Assembly (NCBI RefSeq): GCF_000485595.1
Contig: NW_014577069.1
Span: 16,742-54,052 of the forward strand
Length of the DNA stretch: 37,311 nucleotides
Source: Priapulus caudatus
Taxonomy: Eukaryota
Reading direction: 5' to 3'
A model generated the notes under the pieces. The model worked only from the letters and a program-made list of their open reading frames with translations, had not been told where the DNA came from and did no database searches. Positions 1-13,209 of the stretch are shown piece by piece. Numbering within the stretch: the first letter of the stretch is position 1; every line of letters starts with the position of its first letter. The position numbers and the translations under genes are program-made.

Positions 1-485
1 TCGCGAAAATTAGACCACCGCGAAATATACAGCTTATACAGTAGGTCAGAACAAAAGCAATCTTAATATATCCCAGCGATTGTAAAAACGGACACAATGT
101 TCGATATCTATCTAATAAGATAACTATCGAGAATACACAGATATGATCAATCATGATCATGATAATCAAACACTCGTTTCTGGTGATTACTTGATTAATC
201 AATTGATTAATTGATCAACCCAAGGTAATTGATGTAATTGTGATACGTACGTGTGATTTTTACACATCGCAGTCGATAAACGACAATCAGACCTTTGCTC
301 AAATGACAAAGAGTTGGAAAGGTGTAGATTGTTTGTCAGAAATGATATGAATTTTTGAATTTTTGTATGAAACATGTTGAAGACGTCAGTAACGGGTATC
401 GCTGCTTCCTAGGCAGAGCTTCGGGCTTCTGCACAGCCGAGGAAAGTAAGGCCACGATGCCTATAGATGGCGCCACTTTCCCTTT
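1..485 (+). repeat. Block duplicated at 36019-36502; first 43 nt are the right end of a CGCG-rich MITE ending TACAGTA
   Basis: Near-identical to 36019-36502 from tcgcgaaaattagaccaccg to tagatggcgccactttcccttt, after which the copies diverge. Confidence 0.93.
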
Positions 486-1411
486 TCCTTTTCTTTCTGC
501 CTGCATTTAATAATATAATAATCTAATCATTTAATTTTATGATATTTTAATAACTAATGTAATAAAGCTATTGGAATATATGCACCATTAGGGTGTTTAT
601 TTGTGCTTGCTAGGATAATCATAATTATGATTTGTCAGTGGCCCGTGCAAACAGTGCATATAACAGCAACCTAATAAAAATACGAGAAAATTCTCTTCTT
701 TATATGCTCTTGATGTTATAGTGACCAAATCCTAGCGTTGTCGCAACCTACAACCATGTTTTAATTAACTTACAATCGAGTAGAAGTTCCGTTATAACAT
801 ACACCTTAGTAGCGCACAGAGCACGCGCCTAATATAACGCGTACCCTTGGGAATATCCATCGCGCGCCGCGACAGGAAGTAGTCTATGCAGAACAGTTAT
901 AAGAGTGTGAGCCCACACACGTCGCCGCGCGGCGGTGACAGTTCAGCCGTGGTTTTGTGTAGTGTTTAGTCAGACGCATATAATCTTTATTTGGAGTCAT
1001 TGAGTAGAATAAATCATCTATAGTCCGTATTCTATGTGTTCGCATATGCTATATGATACGATCGTGCTTAGCTTGCACTCGCAGCGTACTCGCACAAGAC
1101 ATGCATATCTCCTACGTACTCCATATACAAGGCTTCCGTGATATCTGCGAGCGCCGGACCTGGGAGCTAAGACATCGCAAGGTACTCGAACATTAAATTA
1201 CTATACGATCACAGCCATCGCGCCGCAGTATCATTTGGGCCAGTGACTAGGGATACTAGTGATTTTGTATCACTTAGTATCTTACGTCGGGTGACATCGT
1301 TCATCTGATATCGAACGGCATTGAGCAACGCACACGCGAATGTGTGAGGAACTTAATCAACACTAGATCGAGAGATAACAATCATAACAACCAATCATCT
1401 ATACCACCTAT

Positions 1412-1985
1412 GGGTGTGCGCGTGTGCACGTATGTGTACGTGTGCGTGTGTGCGTGTGCACGTATGTGTACGTGTGCGTGTGTGCGTGTGCGTGTTGCGC
1501 GCCGTGTGCGTATCGTGGTGCGCCCGGTGCTTAAATGAGTCTGCGTGTGTTGCGCGTATGTGTACGTGTGCGTGTGTGCGTGTGCACGTATGTGTTACGC
1601 CTGCGTATTGGCGCGCCGTATGCTATCGTGTGCGCCGCCATATGCCATATCGTGTGCGTGTGTGCGTGTGTGCGCGCCATATGCGTATGCGTGTTCTGCG
1701 CGCAGCGTATGTGTGCGCGCTGTGTGCCTATGCGTGAGCGCGTCTATGCGCGCCGTGTTCCGTCTTGCGTGTGCGTCTGGCGGTGTGCGTGTTCGTCGTG
1801 TTGTGCGCGCGCGTATGCGTGCGTCGTGGCGTGTGTCACCGTGTGCGTGATGTGCGCTCTGCGTGTGCCGTGGCGCATGCCTGTGCGTGTGTGCGCGTCC
1901 GTGTGCCTATGCGTGTACCGTACGATGCGTACTGTGCGCGTCGTGTGCGAAATTCGTGCCGTGCGTACGTGCATGTGAGTGTGTT
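1412..1985. repeat. Degenerate (TG)n/(TGCG)n microsatellite tract
   Basis: Direct reading; gives only C/V/R/A low-complexity ORFs. Confidence 0.95.
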
Positions 1986-2299
1986 TATATCCGTGCAGTA
2001 ATGCGCTTGTTGCTATACAACATGAGGACGCGATAACCAAGATCAACCCGTGAGCTCTAGACTGACCCCACCTGCCACGCCACTCAGAAGCTCGCTATGC
2101 TACACGGCCACGAATGGCACGAGAGCAGTGGGCTCCACGAAACCATCTATACGTCAGCTCAAGCAACAATGCGATACTGATACATAGTGGAGGCGATAAG
2201 CGAAAAGAAACAGCCACAGAAAAATCAGAAGCAAAACAAGAAACAGAAACGCGCCCACGTATAATCATTTCTGCGCGCGGTTAGATGCCGTGACACCTG

Positions 2300-2390
2300 T
2301 AGACGGTACCGTCCTTCTCACAGCACCCGCTCGATATACAGACTCCTATAATCGAGCGGGGTGTGTGAGAAGGGACGGGTACCAGTCATA
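2300..2390. mobile_element. ~90-bp foldback MITE with 7-bp flanking direct repeat ACACCTG
   Basis: ggtaccgtccttctcaca...cccgctcgat is inverted as atcgagcgggg...tgtgagaagggacgggtacc; acacctg at 2293-2299 and 2391-2397. Confidence 0.75.
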
Positions 2391-3817
2391 ACACCTGCAC
2401 AACGGAGTTTCCACTGTTTACCAGCACTAACGACGCCGATAAAGCGGAACACGATAACGAAGGATGAAGTATTACTATTAGTCCAAATTCTCATGTGACA
2501 TTCATTTCAGTTCAATCAGAACTTAGTACGCTTTGTCATCCCGAGTATCCACGGGCTAGTTTTGGTCATGAGTTGGTATATGGACTCACGTACGGTCGAG
2601 TGTGGAATCTGCTGTGGCATAGGGCTATATATTTACCCGGTCACAAGCTTGGAAAAGCCATTCCTGACACAGCGCGTGAAGTTACAAGTGCTGGACAGCC
2701 CTAGCTATCACCAAATGTGACAAATGTGCCTGTCTGGCTGTATGAGGTAAGTCCATTTATATATACTGGTTTGATTTATTTTGGTTCGATTTGGTGTGAT
2801 CGACCTGAAGGTTCGATGTGTATCGATGTGTGTTCGATGTGTGATCGATCGACCTGAAGGGTCTTATGAATTTGTATAGGAATATATTGACTAGTAACTT
2901 TAGGGTTTTACTCGTGCAACTTCAAAACCTAATGCTTCGGAACACAATTAATAATTGGTGGGAAATCTGCATTAGTCTCTCCCATATGTTAATTGCTCTT
3001 CTTGTAGATATAAGTATTTAGTGTTAATTAACTCTTGGAAAGATGTATATAGGCATGTATATATAGGTATGTATAGTTACAGTTACAATTATATACCATT
3101 CATGAACATGCAGTGGACAATGTATAACACAGCTATATGCTTTATAAATAACCCTACTATTGATATATACATTTTAAATGTTATTCATCACGATTTCTCA
3201 TTTTATTGTGTGTTACTCTTATTGATATTATTACAATTTTTTATATATTTAGTCGCTGAGATCTGCTAGCTGCAACAAGTCGCCAGAATTTCAACACTAT
3301 ATTTGGTGAAATTAAGTCCATTCTGCAGTAAGGTAATAACATGTAGCCTATCTTGCAGTGCTTAATTGCACTGAACTAACCGTATATGTATGAAGGTAAC
3401 ACAGTGTGTTGTGTAGTTTGAGCAATAAATATATGTAGACAAAATTCAATTGCAAGTCAATCAAGTGACGTGTTAAACCTTATCAGGGGTAGATAATAAG
3501 AAAATTTCTTGATATTACAATATCATACACTATTATGCAAAATTCCTACAAATTTTCATTCTCAGTCGTACTGCCTCTTACTGCTTCAAAATTGGTTTGC
3601 AGCCCATCACAGCAAAGATGCAGGGATTGTAGAGTGCACCGGTCATCAGCTACACCCACATACGTAAGCATGTTGGTTCAATATTCAGCGCATGCATGTT
3701 CCTGGCTCGGGTGTTTCTCAGGAGTTTTCGGTTATTACTTATTAGTGTGCTAATGTCTTGTCACAATATGTTTCTCACATTCGTCATTGTCANNNNNNNN
3801 NNNNNNNNNNNNNNNNN

Positions 3818-5034
3818 CGGAAGAGAAGATGGAGATTGTGAAACAGCTGCTGCTGCATGACGCGCCCCTGCAAGAGGAGGATGAGCGCGGGCGAACGCCT
3901 CTCATGCTCGCCTGCGAAACAGCCAGCGCGGATGTTGCAGCCGCGCTGCTAGGCAATGGAGCGGACCTTCGTGCGCGTTACCGTGGCGGCGGAACGATGC
4001 TGCACGCAGCCGTGGCCGGCGGAGTCCTGGAGCTGCTTCTCGCGTGCGACTCGATTGACATCGACGCGAGAGTCAGAGTCGGGACGACACCGCTGATGAG
4101 GGCGGTGTTGAAGGGCAAGGAGGCGGTGGCGCGGATGCTGCTGTCACGCGGCGCCGACGCCAACGCTGCGAACTTGCACGGAGAGACCTCCCTGTACTAC
4201 GCGGTTTGCTCTGGCCGGCTGGATATCATGCGCCTGCTACTGGAGGCCGGCACCGACGCCAATGCCGCGGACTCGTACGGAAGGAACTCCCTGCACTACG
4301 CGGCTCGCTATGGCCGGCTGGACATCGTGCGCCTGCTACTGGAGGCCGGCGACAATCCCAACGTCGCCGATACGAAGAGCGGGGAGACGCCGCTGATGAT
4401 GGCGGTGTGGATGGGCGAGAAGGCGGTGGTGCAGATGCTGCTCTCACGCGGCGCCGATGCCAACCCCGCGGACTCGTACGGAATGACTTCCCTGCACCAC
4501 GCGGCTTGCTTTGGCCGGCTGGACATCATGCGCTTACTACTGGAGGCTGGTGTAGATCCAAACGTCGCCAATACGGACAGCGGGGAGACGCCGCTGATGA
4601 TAGCGGTGAGGGAGGGCGAGGAGGCGATGGTGCGGATGCTGCTCTCACACGGCGCTGACGCCAACGCCATGCACCTGTGCGGACCGACCTCTCTGTTCAT
4701 CGCGGATTACTCTCGCAGGCAGGACATCATGCGTCTGCTACTGGAGGCCGGCGCAGATCCAAACGTCGCCAAGAAGAAGAGTGGACAGACGCCGCTGATG
4801 ATAGCGGTGAGTAAGGGCGAGGAGGCGATGGTGCAGATGTTGTTCTTACACGGCGCCGACGCCAACGCCGCGAACTCGCACGGACAGACCTCCCTGTTCT
4901 ACGCGGCTAGCTCTGGCCAGCTGGACATCATGCGTCTGCTACTGGAGGCCGGCGCCGATCCCAACGTTGCCGGGATGGAAGAAAGGAGGAGTTTCACCGC
5001 GTTACACTACTCCTGTGAACGACGTCAAACCGAG
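3818..5034 (+). CDS. Paralogue A: ankyrin-array exon (5' end lost in gap 3793-3817)
   Basis: Open frame with ~9 alternating TPLMxAV/TSLxxAA ankyrin repeats; start aligns with copy B at ~28269; ends at phase-0 donor GAG|GTAAAA (5034/5035). Confidence 0.9.
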
Positions 5035-5128
5035 GTAAAACTACGGGCCTACGTTGCGAATGATTGAGACCGAATTTTAGCAATGTCCAAATATATTTTC
5101 TTATCGATGGTTAAGGTAATCAGTAATA

Positions 5129-5627
5129 AGCTACGTCTACACGACGAACCTTAACTCGAGTTAAGCGTCTACACGGGGCCTTTTAAAACTCGAGTTACGT
5201 TAACTCTAGTTAGCTTAACCTCGCCAGTCGATTGAGGTTATAGGCTAACTCGAGTTACTTTAACTGGAGTTAAGGCCCGTGTAGACGCTTAACTCGAGTT
5301 AGCTTAACCTCCACGATAGGCGGCAGCACTAGTACGATGTACGTACACGCGCGCACGCACGCGTACTTGCACACGCACGCACACACTCATGCACGCACGT
5401 GTACGTGCGCACGCACGCACGCAGGCACGCACGTCTACGTGCACACGCGCACACGCACGTGTACGTGCACATGCACGCACACACGCACGCACGTTTACAT
5501 ACACACGCACACACGCATGCATAATAAATCGGTAATAATCGCTATCGGGTGTTGTCATGTAGACGCTACATAACCGCTAACTCGAGTTAGCTTAACTCGA
5601 GTTAAGGTTCCTCATGTAGACGTAGCT
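5129..5627. mobile_element. PIF/Harbinger-like MITE in intron of paralogue A
   Basis: TIRs agctacgtctacacgacgaaccttaactcgagttaagc / gcttaactcgagttaaggttcctcatgtagacgtagct; 3-bp TSD ATA confirmed by the empty site in copy C; repeated TTAACTCGAGTTAA palindromes and an internal (CA/CGCA)n tract. Confidence 0.85.
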
Positions 5628-5933
5628 ATAGTAATCGGTTAACAGTTAATAATAGATATGTTATAGTTTCACCGCATTACACTACTGCAATCTACTCGGG
5701 ACCGAGGTGAAACTGCGGACGACGGAGACAATTTTAGCGATGTTCCAATGTAGTTTTTTCTAGATAATAAATGTAATCATTAATAGTAATTGTTTAATAG
5801 TTAATAATTTAATAATAGTAATAGTTAGTAATCAGCAACAGTAATAAAGGTAGTATGCTTGGAGAAACTTGTTCTTCAAGGAACGAACCTAAAATCGAGT
5901 TGTTAACGATCCTCGTTTCTTTCGTTCACACAG

Positions 5934-6125
5934 ATGATTACTCTTCTCTTGAAACACGGAGCTGACCCGAACCTCGTCGATTGCAACAAGAGGACGCCGC
6001 TCGCTATAATAGGCAGCCAGGCAGAGGTGAGAAGACCCGGAATGAGCGAACGAGGAGCACACGCAGCACCAGCAGAACAAGCGGCGTCAGTGGTACAAGC
6101 GGCGTCAGCTCTCCTACAGACGTGC
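5934..6125 (+). CDS. Paralogue A: terminal exon, 5' part (rest in gap 6126-6618)
   Basis: Acceptor tttctttcgttcacacag|ATG; splicing gives a complete ankyrin repeat FTALHYSCERRQTE|MITLLLKHGADPN; closely matches 33511 onward. Confidence 0.88.
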
Positions 6126-6618
6126 NNNNNNNNNNNNNNNNNNNNNNNNNNNNNNNNNNNNNNNNNNNNNNNNNNNNNNNNNNNNNNNNNNNNNNNNNNN
6201 NNNNNNNNNNNNNNNNNNNNNNNNNNNNNNNNNNNNNNNNNNNNNNNNNNNNNNNNNNNNNNNNNNNNNNNNNNNNNNNNNNNNNNNNNNNNNNNNNNNN
6301 NNNNNNNNNNNNNNNNNNNNNNNNNNNNNNNNNNNNNNNNNNNNNNNNNNNNNNNNNNNNNNNNNNNNNNNNNNNNNNNNNNNNNNNNNNNNNNNNNNNN
6401 NNNNNNNNNNNNNNNNNNNNNNNNNNNNNNNNNNNNNNNNNNNNNNNNNNNNNNNNNNNNNNNNNNNNNNNNNNNNNNNNNNNNNNNNNNNNNNNNNNNN
6501 NNNNNNNNNNNNNNNNNNNNNNNNNNNNNNNNNNNNNNNNNNNNNNNNNNNNNNNNNNNNNNNNNNNNNNNNNNNNNNNNNNNNNNNNNNNNNNNNNNNN
6601 NNNNNNNNNNNNNNNNNN

Positions 6619-6912
6619 TGCCCCCTGGATCTGTCACTTGTTTGCATGAAATAGAAAGTACAATAAAACTTGCATAAGTCGACACTTTTGGAACCAGCAT
6701 ATTAATATTATTTGTGTCGACTTAGGAAAATAACGACTTACGCGTAAGTCATCATTTTGTCGATTTATACAATGTATGTACTGCACGTATACACTGTATT
6801 AGCTGCAGTGTTGTAGTCGAGTTCGCACCCTTCGAGTCCGAGTCCGAGACCAAGGAAAACGGTCTCGAGGCCGGTCTCGAGGCCAAGACTGGCCTCGGTA
6901 CCTATAACACTG
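6619..6912. mobile_element. hAT-like non-autonomous element inserted in the last codons of paralogue A (left end in gap)
   Basis: Right terminus ctataacactg (6902-6912) is the inverse of cagtgttgtag (internal copy at 6806); followed by cacgctagaccaacg, the gene end seen in B; the noisy copy near 10725-10760 suggests the left junction. Confidence 0.7.
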
Positions 6913-6937
6913 CACGCTAGACCAACGTATGCGACAC

Positions 6938-7788
6938 TAATACTCCCGTCAGACTGGACGGCGGCCATCCGCGACCGTACGGCGACCAGAAAATATACAA
7001 GGTCGCCGGCAAACGTGAACACAACGCGAGAAAAAGTCCCAACAAATTACAAAATTGAAAAAAAGCCGCGACCTGTGCGATCATACCGCGTTCTCACGGC
7101 GCGCCCGCCACGACCTCCCGCGCTTATGGCGTTTCTATTGAGATCTATGGGCTTGGCAACGGCGATCACCGGCGTTCCCGCGGCGCTCTCACCACGCTCA
7201 TGGGGTTCTTACCACGCGTCCTCTACGTGTATCGCGACTGCACGGCGACCTCACGGCGTTTCTACCACGTTCTCACGGCGACTATATAAGCTGGTCAGAT
7301 TTTCGGAAATTTCAACTGTATATAGTTGTGCGTTTGCTGAGTAGAAACACGATGCCGAAGAAACAAGCTACCATAGGCCGAGGCCGTGGCCGTGGCCGAC
7401 ACAGATCGGCATAAAACAGATCGGCAGATCGGATGAGACAGATCCACGAAGTCGCCGTTGAAAATGTTACCATTTTCGCAGCGTCTCTGCCACGCATGTA
7501 CTGTGCGTGTACTACGTTCATGGAGATGTTACGACGCTTGTCTCACGACTTTCGCGACCCCACCGCGTTCTCAACGCCTTCCAGGTCAGATCGCCGAACC
7601 TTGGGATTTGTGTTAAACATGCTAAAAACAAACGCCGTGACTCGGCGATCATTGGCGACCACAGCACGATCTCTGGCGTTTCCACCACTCTTATACCACG
7701 CTTATGGCGACCTTGACGCGCTCTGGGCCTATTTTCCGTCGCCGTAGCAGCGCAGGAAGGACGCCACCCCGGTCTGACGGGGGTGTTA
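6938..7788. mobile_element. ~850-bp TIR element (PIF/Harbinger-like) in 3' UTR of paralogue A
   Basis: TIRs taatactcccgtcagac / gtctgacgggggtgtta; empty site gcgacactaagc in copies B and C; inserted at a TAA. Confidence 0.82.
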
Positions 7789-8069
7789 CTTAAGCGTGTT
7801 AACCGAGGAAGCCCATGTATGATCGGAGAGGCGATAACCCAGAAGATATGATCAATACTTGGTAGATCAATGTTCTAATTGTTGTTCGTGTTGGCAGACG
7901 CGTGTTTCATTGCAATGTAAACTCGAGTATATGTAGTAACACTATTCAGTTTATATAGAAATGTGTAGATTATCAGTATGATGCCTTGGTGAATTGGCGC
8001 GATTTAATAACCACGAGTTCAAATGTTAAAAGTTTGCAAATCATTTTGCTCTGTAAAAAAACTCTAAAG

Positions 8070-9620
8070 CAACTTACGTTTTATGAGTGCACCAATTCAG
8101 ATGATGTATAATAAATCCCAAAAAGTAACAGTTACCTGTAATTTATTAAACCACGTATAACCCCCCCCACACTATAAACATCTACATTTAATTTTTAACT
8201 CAACTGCTTAGATTTTCCACAGCCCAACACCACACAAAGCCAGCTTCTGTAGTCGTTCTCGTGCCGACAGTTCTCTTTATCAACCAGACGGAATCGTAAA
8301 TTAACAACTCATCAAATACTCAGTCAATAAAACCCCAACAAATGTGATTCACTTTATTGTAGTACGTTACCGAGTTACCACTCCAAATGCGCTCACCTAA
8401 TTGCATAGACCATCTGAACGAAATGTTTGCCGACTCTTGAAGAAACGTAAAATATTGAACCCACCAACATATTCAAAAAACACGTTTAAATGAAAGCTGT
8501 CACTTGTCCCGAAACCATTCCAAAATCTCCACTTACTAGTACCTGAAATAATAATTACTTGAAATTTCATTTTTCAAGTGCCAATTAATATTACAATAAC
8601 ATGTAAAAGATACGAATTCAATATCGCTAACATTTACAGAGACGATCACATCTCACAATAATCACACATCTAAGGACAACATTCACTTTAACAAATAAAT
8701 CGATTCACAGTTTCAAGCCAATAAAATATCGACCACTTGATTCCCTTGGAAATCATCATATAAGTATCTATCTGAACGAAATTTGAAAATCAGTGTCGCT
8801 ACAAAAACACCTTGAAAACTCATAATCGCTTAATCGTAGTATCACCTGAATCAATACTGATTACCTACTTACCTGGCAGATGAAGATCCTCCAATATGGC
8901 ATCTACCAAGCTTCAGTAAATCATACACCCTCCTTAATCGTATTCGTGAATCTACAGATATAACATAAAAATCCTGAATATAAGCACACTTACAAATTAA
9001 AAGAAACAAAAAATCAACTCCTTAAAACTCACTATATAAAAAAGAAAATATCCCTCACAAATAGTAATCGATACTTATAAGACCATAATCCTATCTATAT
9101 CATAAACACCTAGCCAAAACATAATCAGAAATGGGATCATATTATCAAATTGCCAGTTGATTTATACAAACGCGATGAAAACACTTACGAACAATATACA
9201 ATAACCGAAACTACATGGAAAAAAGCAACAACTGACAGGCAAAAACAAAGAGAATTCGCTGCCACAAAAAACAAAATTCCGTGAACAAATTTATCAATCG
9301 AAAACCAGATGTAAAACTTCAAAAAAACATTAAACTTAAGTTAATAATACTGATAAAAGTACGACAACAAATGAAAAAACCATTCTTCAATCGGATCAAC
9401 GTACACGCATATCTCTTCAGAAACGAACAATCAGAGCCAACCGACCCATCTTAAACATACTCATAAACAGACTAATTCAACAACATCAAATGAAAACAAT
9501 AAGCAACAAAGATAACATCCCAAAAAACCACCCTAAAATCCTCCAAGACGTTCCATATCCCAAACAAAAAGAAACGGCACTACTAGAAGATTAGCAGCAA
9601 AACGCTAGGAATAGACTATG
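8070..9620. other. Low-quality A/C-rich, G-poor sequence, probable raw long-read gap fill
   Basis: Homology to the copy C 3' flank stops at ~8068; no ORFs in the track; strong compositional skew; adjoins a demonstrably corrupted copy. Confidence 0.6.
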
Positions 9621-12330
9621 TTGAGGCCGGGAGAAAGAATGAATAAGTAAATAGAATAAAGAAAAGAAAGAAAGTGTTAATGAAAAAGAAGAGAAACGAA
9701 AAGTGTAAGTGAAAATAAGAAAAAAAGAAGAAAGTTTAAATAAAAAGAAAAAAAGAATGCAAAATAAATGGTAATAATAGAATATAAGGTGTTTGTAAGT
9801 TAGAAAGATATAAATAAAAAAATAAATAAGAGGTTAGAAGAATTAAATAAGAGTTAAGGTTTCTAGTGTAGAAGTAGAAAATATAGTAATAGGTTAAGAG
9901 CGAAGTTAATAATAGATATGTATAGTTTCAAATGAATTATATGAAATAAATAATAGGAAGATGTGCAAAATGAAGGATGAAGGAGAAAAATTTTAGAGAT
10001 TTAAAAAATGTAGTTTTATAAGATAATAAATGTAATAAAGTAATAGTAATAGTTTAAATTAGTTAAAATTTAATAAAGTAATAGTTAGTAATAAGGTACA
10101 AAAGTAATAAATTTAGATAGATTGGAAGAAAATTGTTATTTAAGCGAAAAGAAATAAAAGTGAGAGTTGTTAAAGATATGGTTAAATTAGTTAAGAAAGA
10201 AATGATTACAATTATCTTGAAATGGAGTGAGAAGTAGTAGATTGAAAAAAAGAGGAGAAGAGATAGATATAAAAGGAGCAGAAGGAAGAGGTGAGAAGAT
10301 AGAATGAGATGGAAAGGAGATAAAGAAGAAGAAGAAAAAGAGTAGTGGTAGAAAGAGGAGTGATATATGAAGAAGTGAGAGTAAGGGGAATTATAAGAGG
10401 TTAAAGAGAGAGAAGAGAGGGGATAGATGATATTAATGTAAGGGGATGGATGAATAAATAAGGAAAGATGATGTTTGCGAGAGAAGAGGGAGGGGTGAAA
10501 TTGCAAAGATAGTGAAAATGAGCAAATGAGTTAAAAAGGAGAAGTAGAAGTGGTGAAGAGGAGAGAACACATAAAACTATGGGAGATTTAAGAAGAATTA
10601 GAGAAGTGGAGAAACGAAGAGATAAATGGAAAGAATGAAGAGAGTATAATTAGGATGAGTGAATGAGAGAGATTTAATAGAGAAAAGAGTGATAAAGAGA
10701 AAGTATGAAGAATGATAGATAATATAGAATTTGTAAAGGGAAGATAGAGTGTTGTAGTAGAGCGAGAGTAAGATATGAGTGAGAAAAAAGAGAGAGAGAA
10801 GTAAGAGTTAACGAGTAAGTTTTGATTAAAAAAGGAGAAAGGAAGGGAAAATAATTATATGTATGTGTTTGTTAAAGAAATGGGGGGAGGGTGTATATGA
10901 AGAATGGAATGTAATTGTTTGAATGAAATAGAAGTAAACGATAAAAATTGAATAAGTAGAATTTTGAAAAGAATAGTTAATATTTTTGTGTGAATTAGGA
11001 AATAAAAGAAAATAGATTAAGTATAAATTTGTAAGATTTAAATAAATGTATAATGAAGTAATAAAAAATGTATTAAGACTGAAGTGTGTAGTCAAGAGTT
11101 AGATTAGAGTAGAGTCAGAGTAGAGTATGATAAGGAAAGAGAGAAGAGAACAAGGAAAAAAGGTAATAGAGGAAGTATAGAGGAAGAATGAGTAAAATAT
11201 AAAAATGAAGATAGAAAAAAATATGAGATATAATAAGAGAATGGAAAGGGGGATAGAGAGGACAGGAAGAAAATATAAAGGTAGAAGGAAAAGTGAAATA
11301 GAAGAGAGAAAAAGTTAAATTACAAAATTGAAAAAAAAGAGAATGTGACGATATAAGATTAGGGAGGATGCGAAAGAACTAGAGATTATGGAGTTTGATA
11401 TGAATATATCGGGATTGGAAAAAAGGAGAATGAGGAGTTGAGGAGGTATAAGACTATGGGTTATTAAAAGAGATATAAGTGTATACGAGATCGAGGAGAA
11501 CATAAAAGGACGTTTATAGAGTTATAGGAGAATATATGATAGTAGATTTTCAAGAAATATAAAGAAATGTATATATTGTGAAAGTTTGCAATGAGTAGAA
11601 AAAGATGCAGAAGAAAATAGATACATACGGACGCAGGACTGACAGTGGAGAAGAATAGGAATGAAAAGATGAGATAGGATAGAAAGATAGAAGCAGACGT
11701 TGAAATGTTAAAATTTTTGAGAGTTTGCAAGAGTTTAAATGAAGCACGTGGTAAATAAGTTAAATGGAGATGTTAAGAAAGAATTGTATAAGAAATTTAG
11801 AAAACAAGGCGTTATACCGAGTTGAGGTCAGATTAGAGCAATAACTTGGCAGTTTGTTGTAAACATGGATAAAAAAAAGCAAGTGAATAGGAAGATAATT
11901 GGCGAAAAAAGAAATATGGTTGAACAGATTATAACAACAAACGAATTATTGCAAAGACCTTGACGCGTGCTCTGGCCTATTTTCGTCGCCGTACGCAGCG
12001 TCAGGAAGGACGCCCCACCCCGTCTGACGGGGTGTTACATAAGCGTGTAACCGAGGATAGCCCCCCCGCAAAAAAATATGTATGATCGGAGAGGCGATAA
12101 CCGCAGAAGGATATTATCAATACTGTTGGTAGATAATTTCTAAGTTTTCCGGTTGGCAGACGGCTTTTTCATTTGCAATGTAAACTTCGAGATATGTAGT
12201 AACACATTCATTTATGATTAGAAATGTTGTAATTATCGGTAGATGCCTTCGGTGAATTAGCAAGCGATTTAAATAACGCACGGAGTTAATTTAAAAGTTT
12301 GCAATCATTTTGCTCTGTAAAAAAACTCTA
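9620..12330 (+). other. Corrupted (C-depleted) redundant copy of ~5330-8070, probable assembly artefact
   Basis: Collinear with the intron, last exon, both insertions and 3' UTR of A, with C replaced by A or dropped (e.g. gttaataatagatatgtatagtttca ~9905 vs ~5645); quality recovers after ~11950. Confidence 0.88.
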
Positions 12331-12669
12331 AAGGCTTAGTTGGCCATGGGTTCTGAATAAAAAAGATAAAATAAAACATACACTATTACCAAGAAATGCA
12401 TGCAATTCGAAAGTACTTGATACACCAGAATCACATAATATTTGATGTACTTCTCTACCACACAACTCAACCAAAAAATAATAATGCATATGATACCCAA
12501 TTTTAGGACGATTCACTTGTCATAATGTATCCCATTAATGAGGCATATATTATATAATATAATAACTATAGACTGTAATGGCATCCAAGCATAGACTAAA
12601 GGTAGCACTACGCAATAGTTAGCGTATAGGGAATAAGCCTGTTATGTTTGATTGCTTAACATATGCATA

Positions 12670-13209
12670 CAGTAAAAAACCCGCCGTATAAGAACATAGA
12701 TTTTAAAGAAACCGTTAGGCTTAACATTCGCCCATTATAGACCCCTTTACATAAGAACCTGTTTTAAAGGCTGAGATTTTTAAAAGTTAGGTTCTTAATT
12801 TTCCATGCAGATGAACGACATAAAAAGAAACACAGTTAAAATAAGAAAAGACAGCTCAACAATACCGATGAATGTGCCAGCACCTTTTTTGGCAGCGCAT
12901 AACTTTCTGCTTAATTGTTTTGTTTCATCTGATAGATACTCGTATTCAATACAGTATGGTAAGCACTGAAAAACTTACTAACTGTAGCCCATCATCCGGG
13001 TATTAATTAGCAAAAAATTCAGCTCCATTGTAAGAAAATTTTAACACAGATTGAATCAAGTATACAGCTTATACATATAAAGTAGAAACAATTAAAAACT
13101 CTATTTAAGCAACCTTTGAAGCCTAATTTTTTCAGTAAAGCCACCAATTTAACATAAGAACATAATTGAGCTAACTGGAAAAATCTATGTCTTATACTCG
13201 GGTTTACTG
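12670..13209. mobile_element. Tc1/pogo(Tigger)-like MITE
   Basis: TIRs cagtaaaaaacccgccgtataagaacataga / tctatgtcttatactcgggtttactg; TA on both sides; absent from homologous flanks at ~14850 and ~34702. Confidence 0.8.

Noticed and set aside
1344..2046. Cys/Val/Arg- and His/Thr-rich ORFs, also at 5304-5573, 13666-14142, 15095-15462 and 36732-37171
   Set aside because: Translations of TG/CA microsatellites
2741..2752. Strong donor GAG|GTAAGT as a 5' UTR exon of paralogue A
   Set aside because: Single motif, intervening gap, and no matching sequence found upstream of copy B
3818..5034. Horizontal transfer from an endosymbiont or virus (ankyrin effector)
   Set aside because: Spliceosomal intron, FEM-1-like animal tail and animal TEs around it; no bacterial or viral neighbouring genes
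5035..5067. Conserved C-terminal peptide VKLRAYVAND in all three array ORFs
   Set aside because: Read-through past the splice donor; splicing completes an ankyrin repeat. Intron-retained isoforms cannot be excluded without RNA data
5903..6700. ORFs spanning N gaps (also 19691-20086 and 35287-36084)
   Set aside because: Length is an artefact of translating N runs
10063..11747. Hydrophobic F/S/L/I-rich minus-strand ORFs resembling membrane or mitochondrial proteins
   Set aside because: By-product of the C-depleted corrupted copy; no recognisable mitochondrial gene motifs
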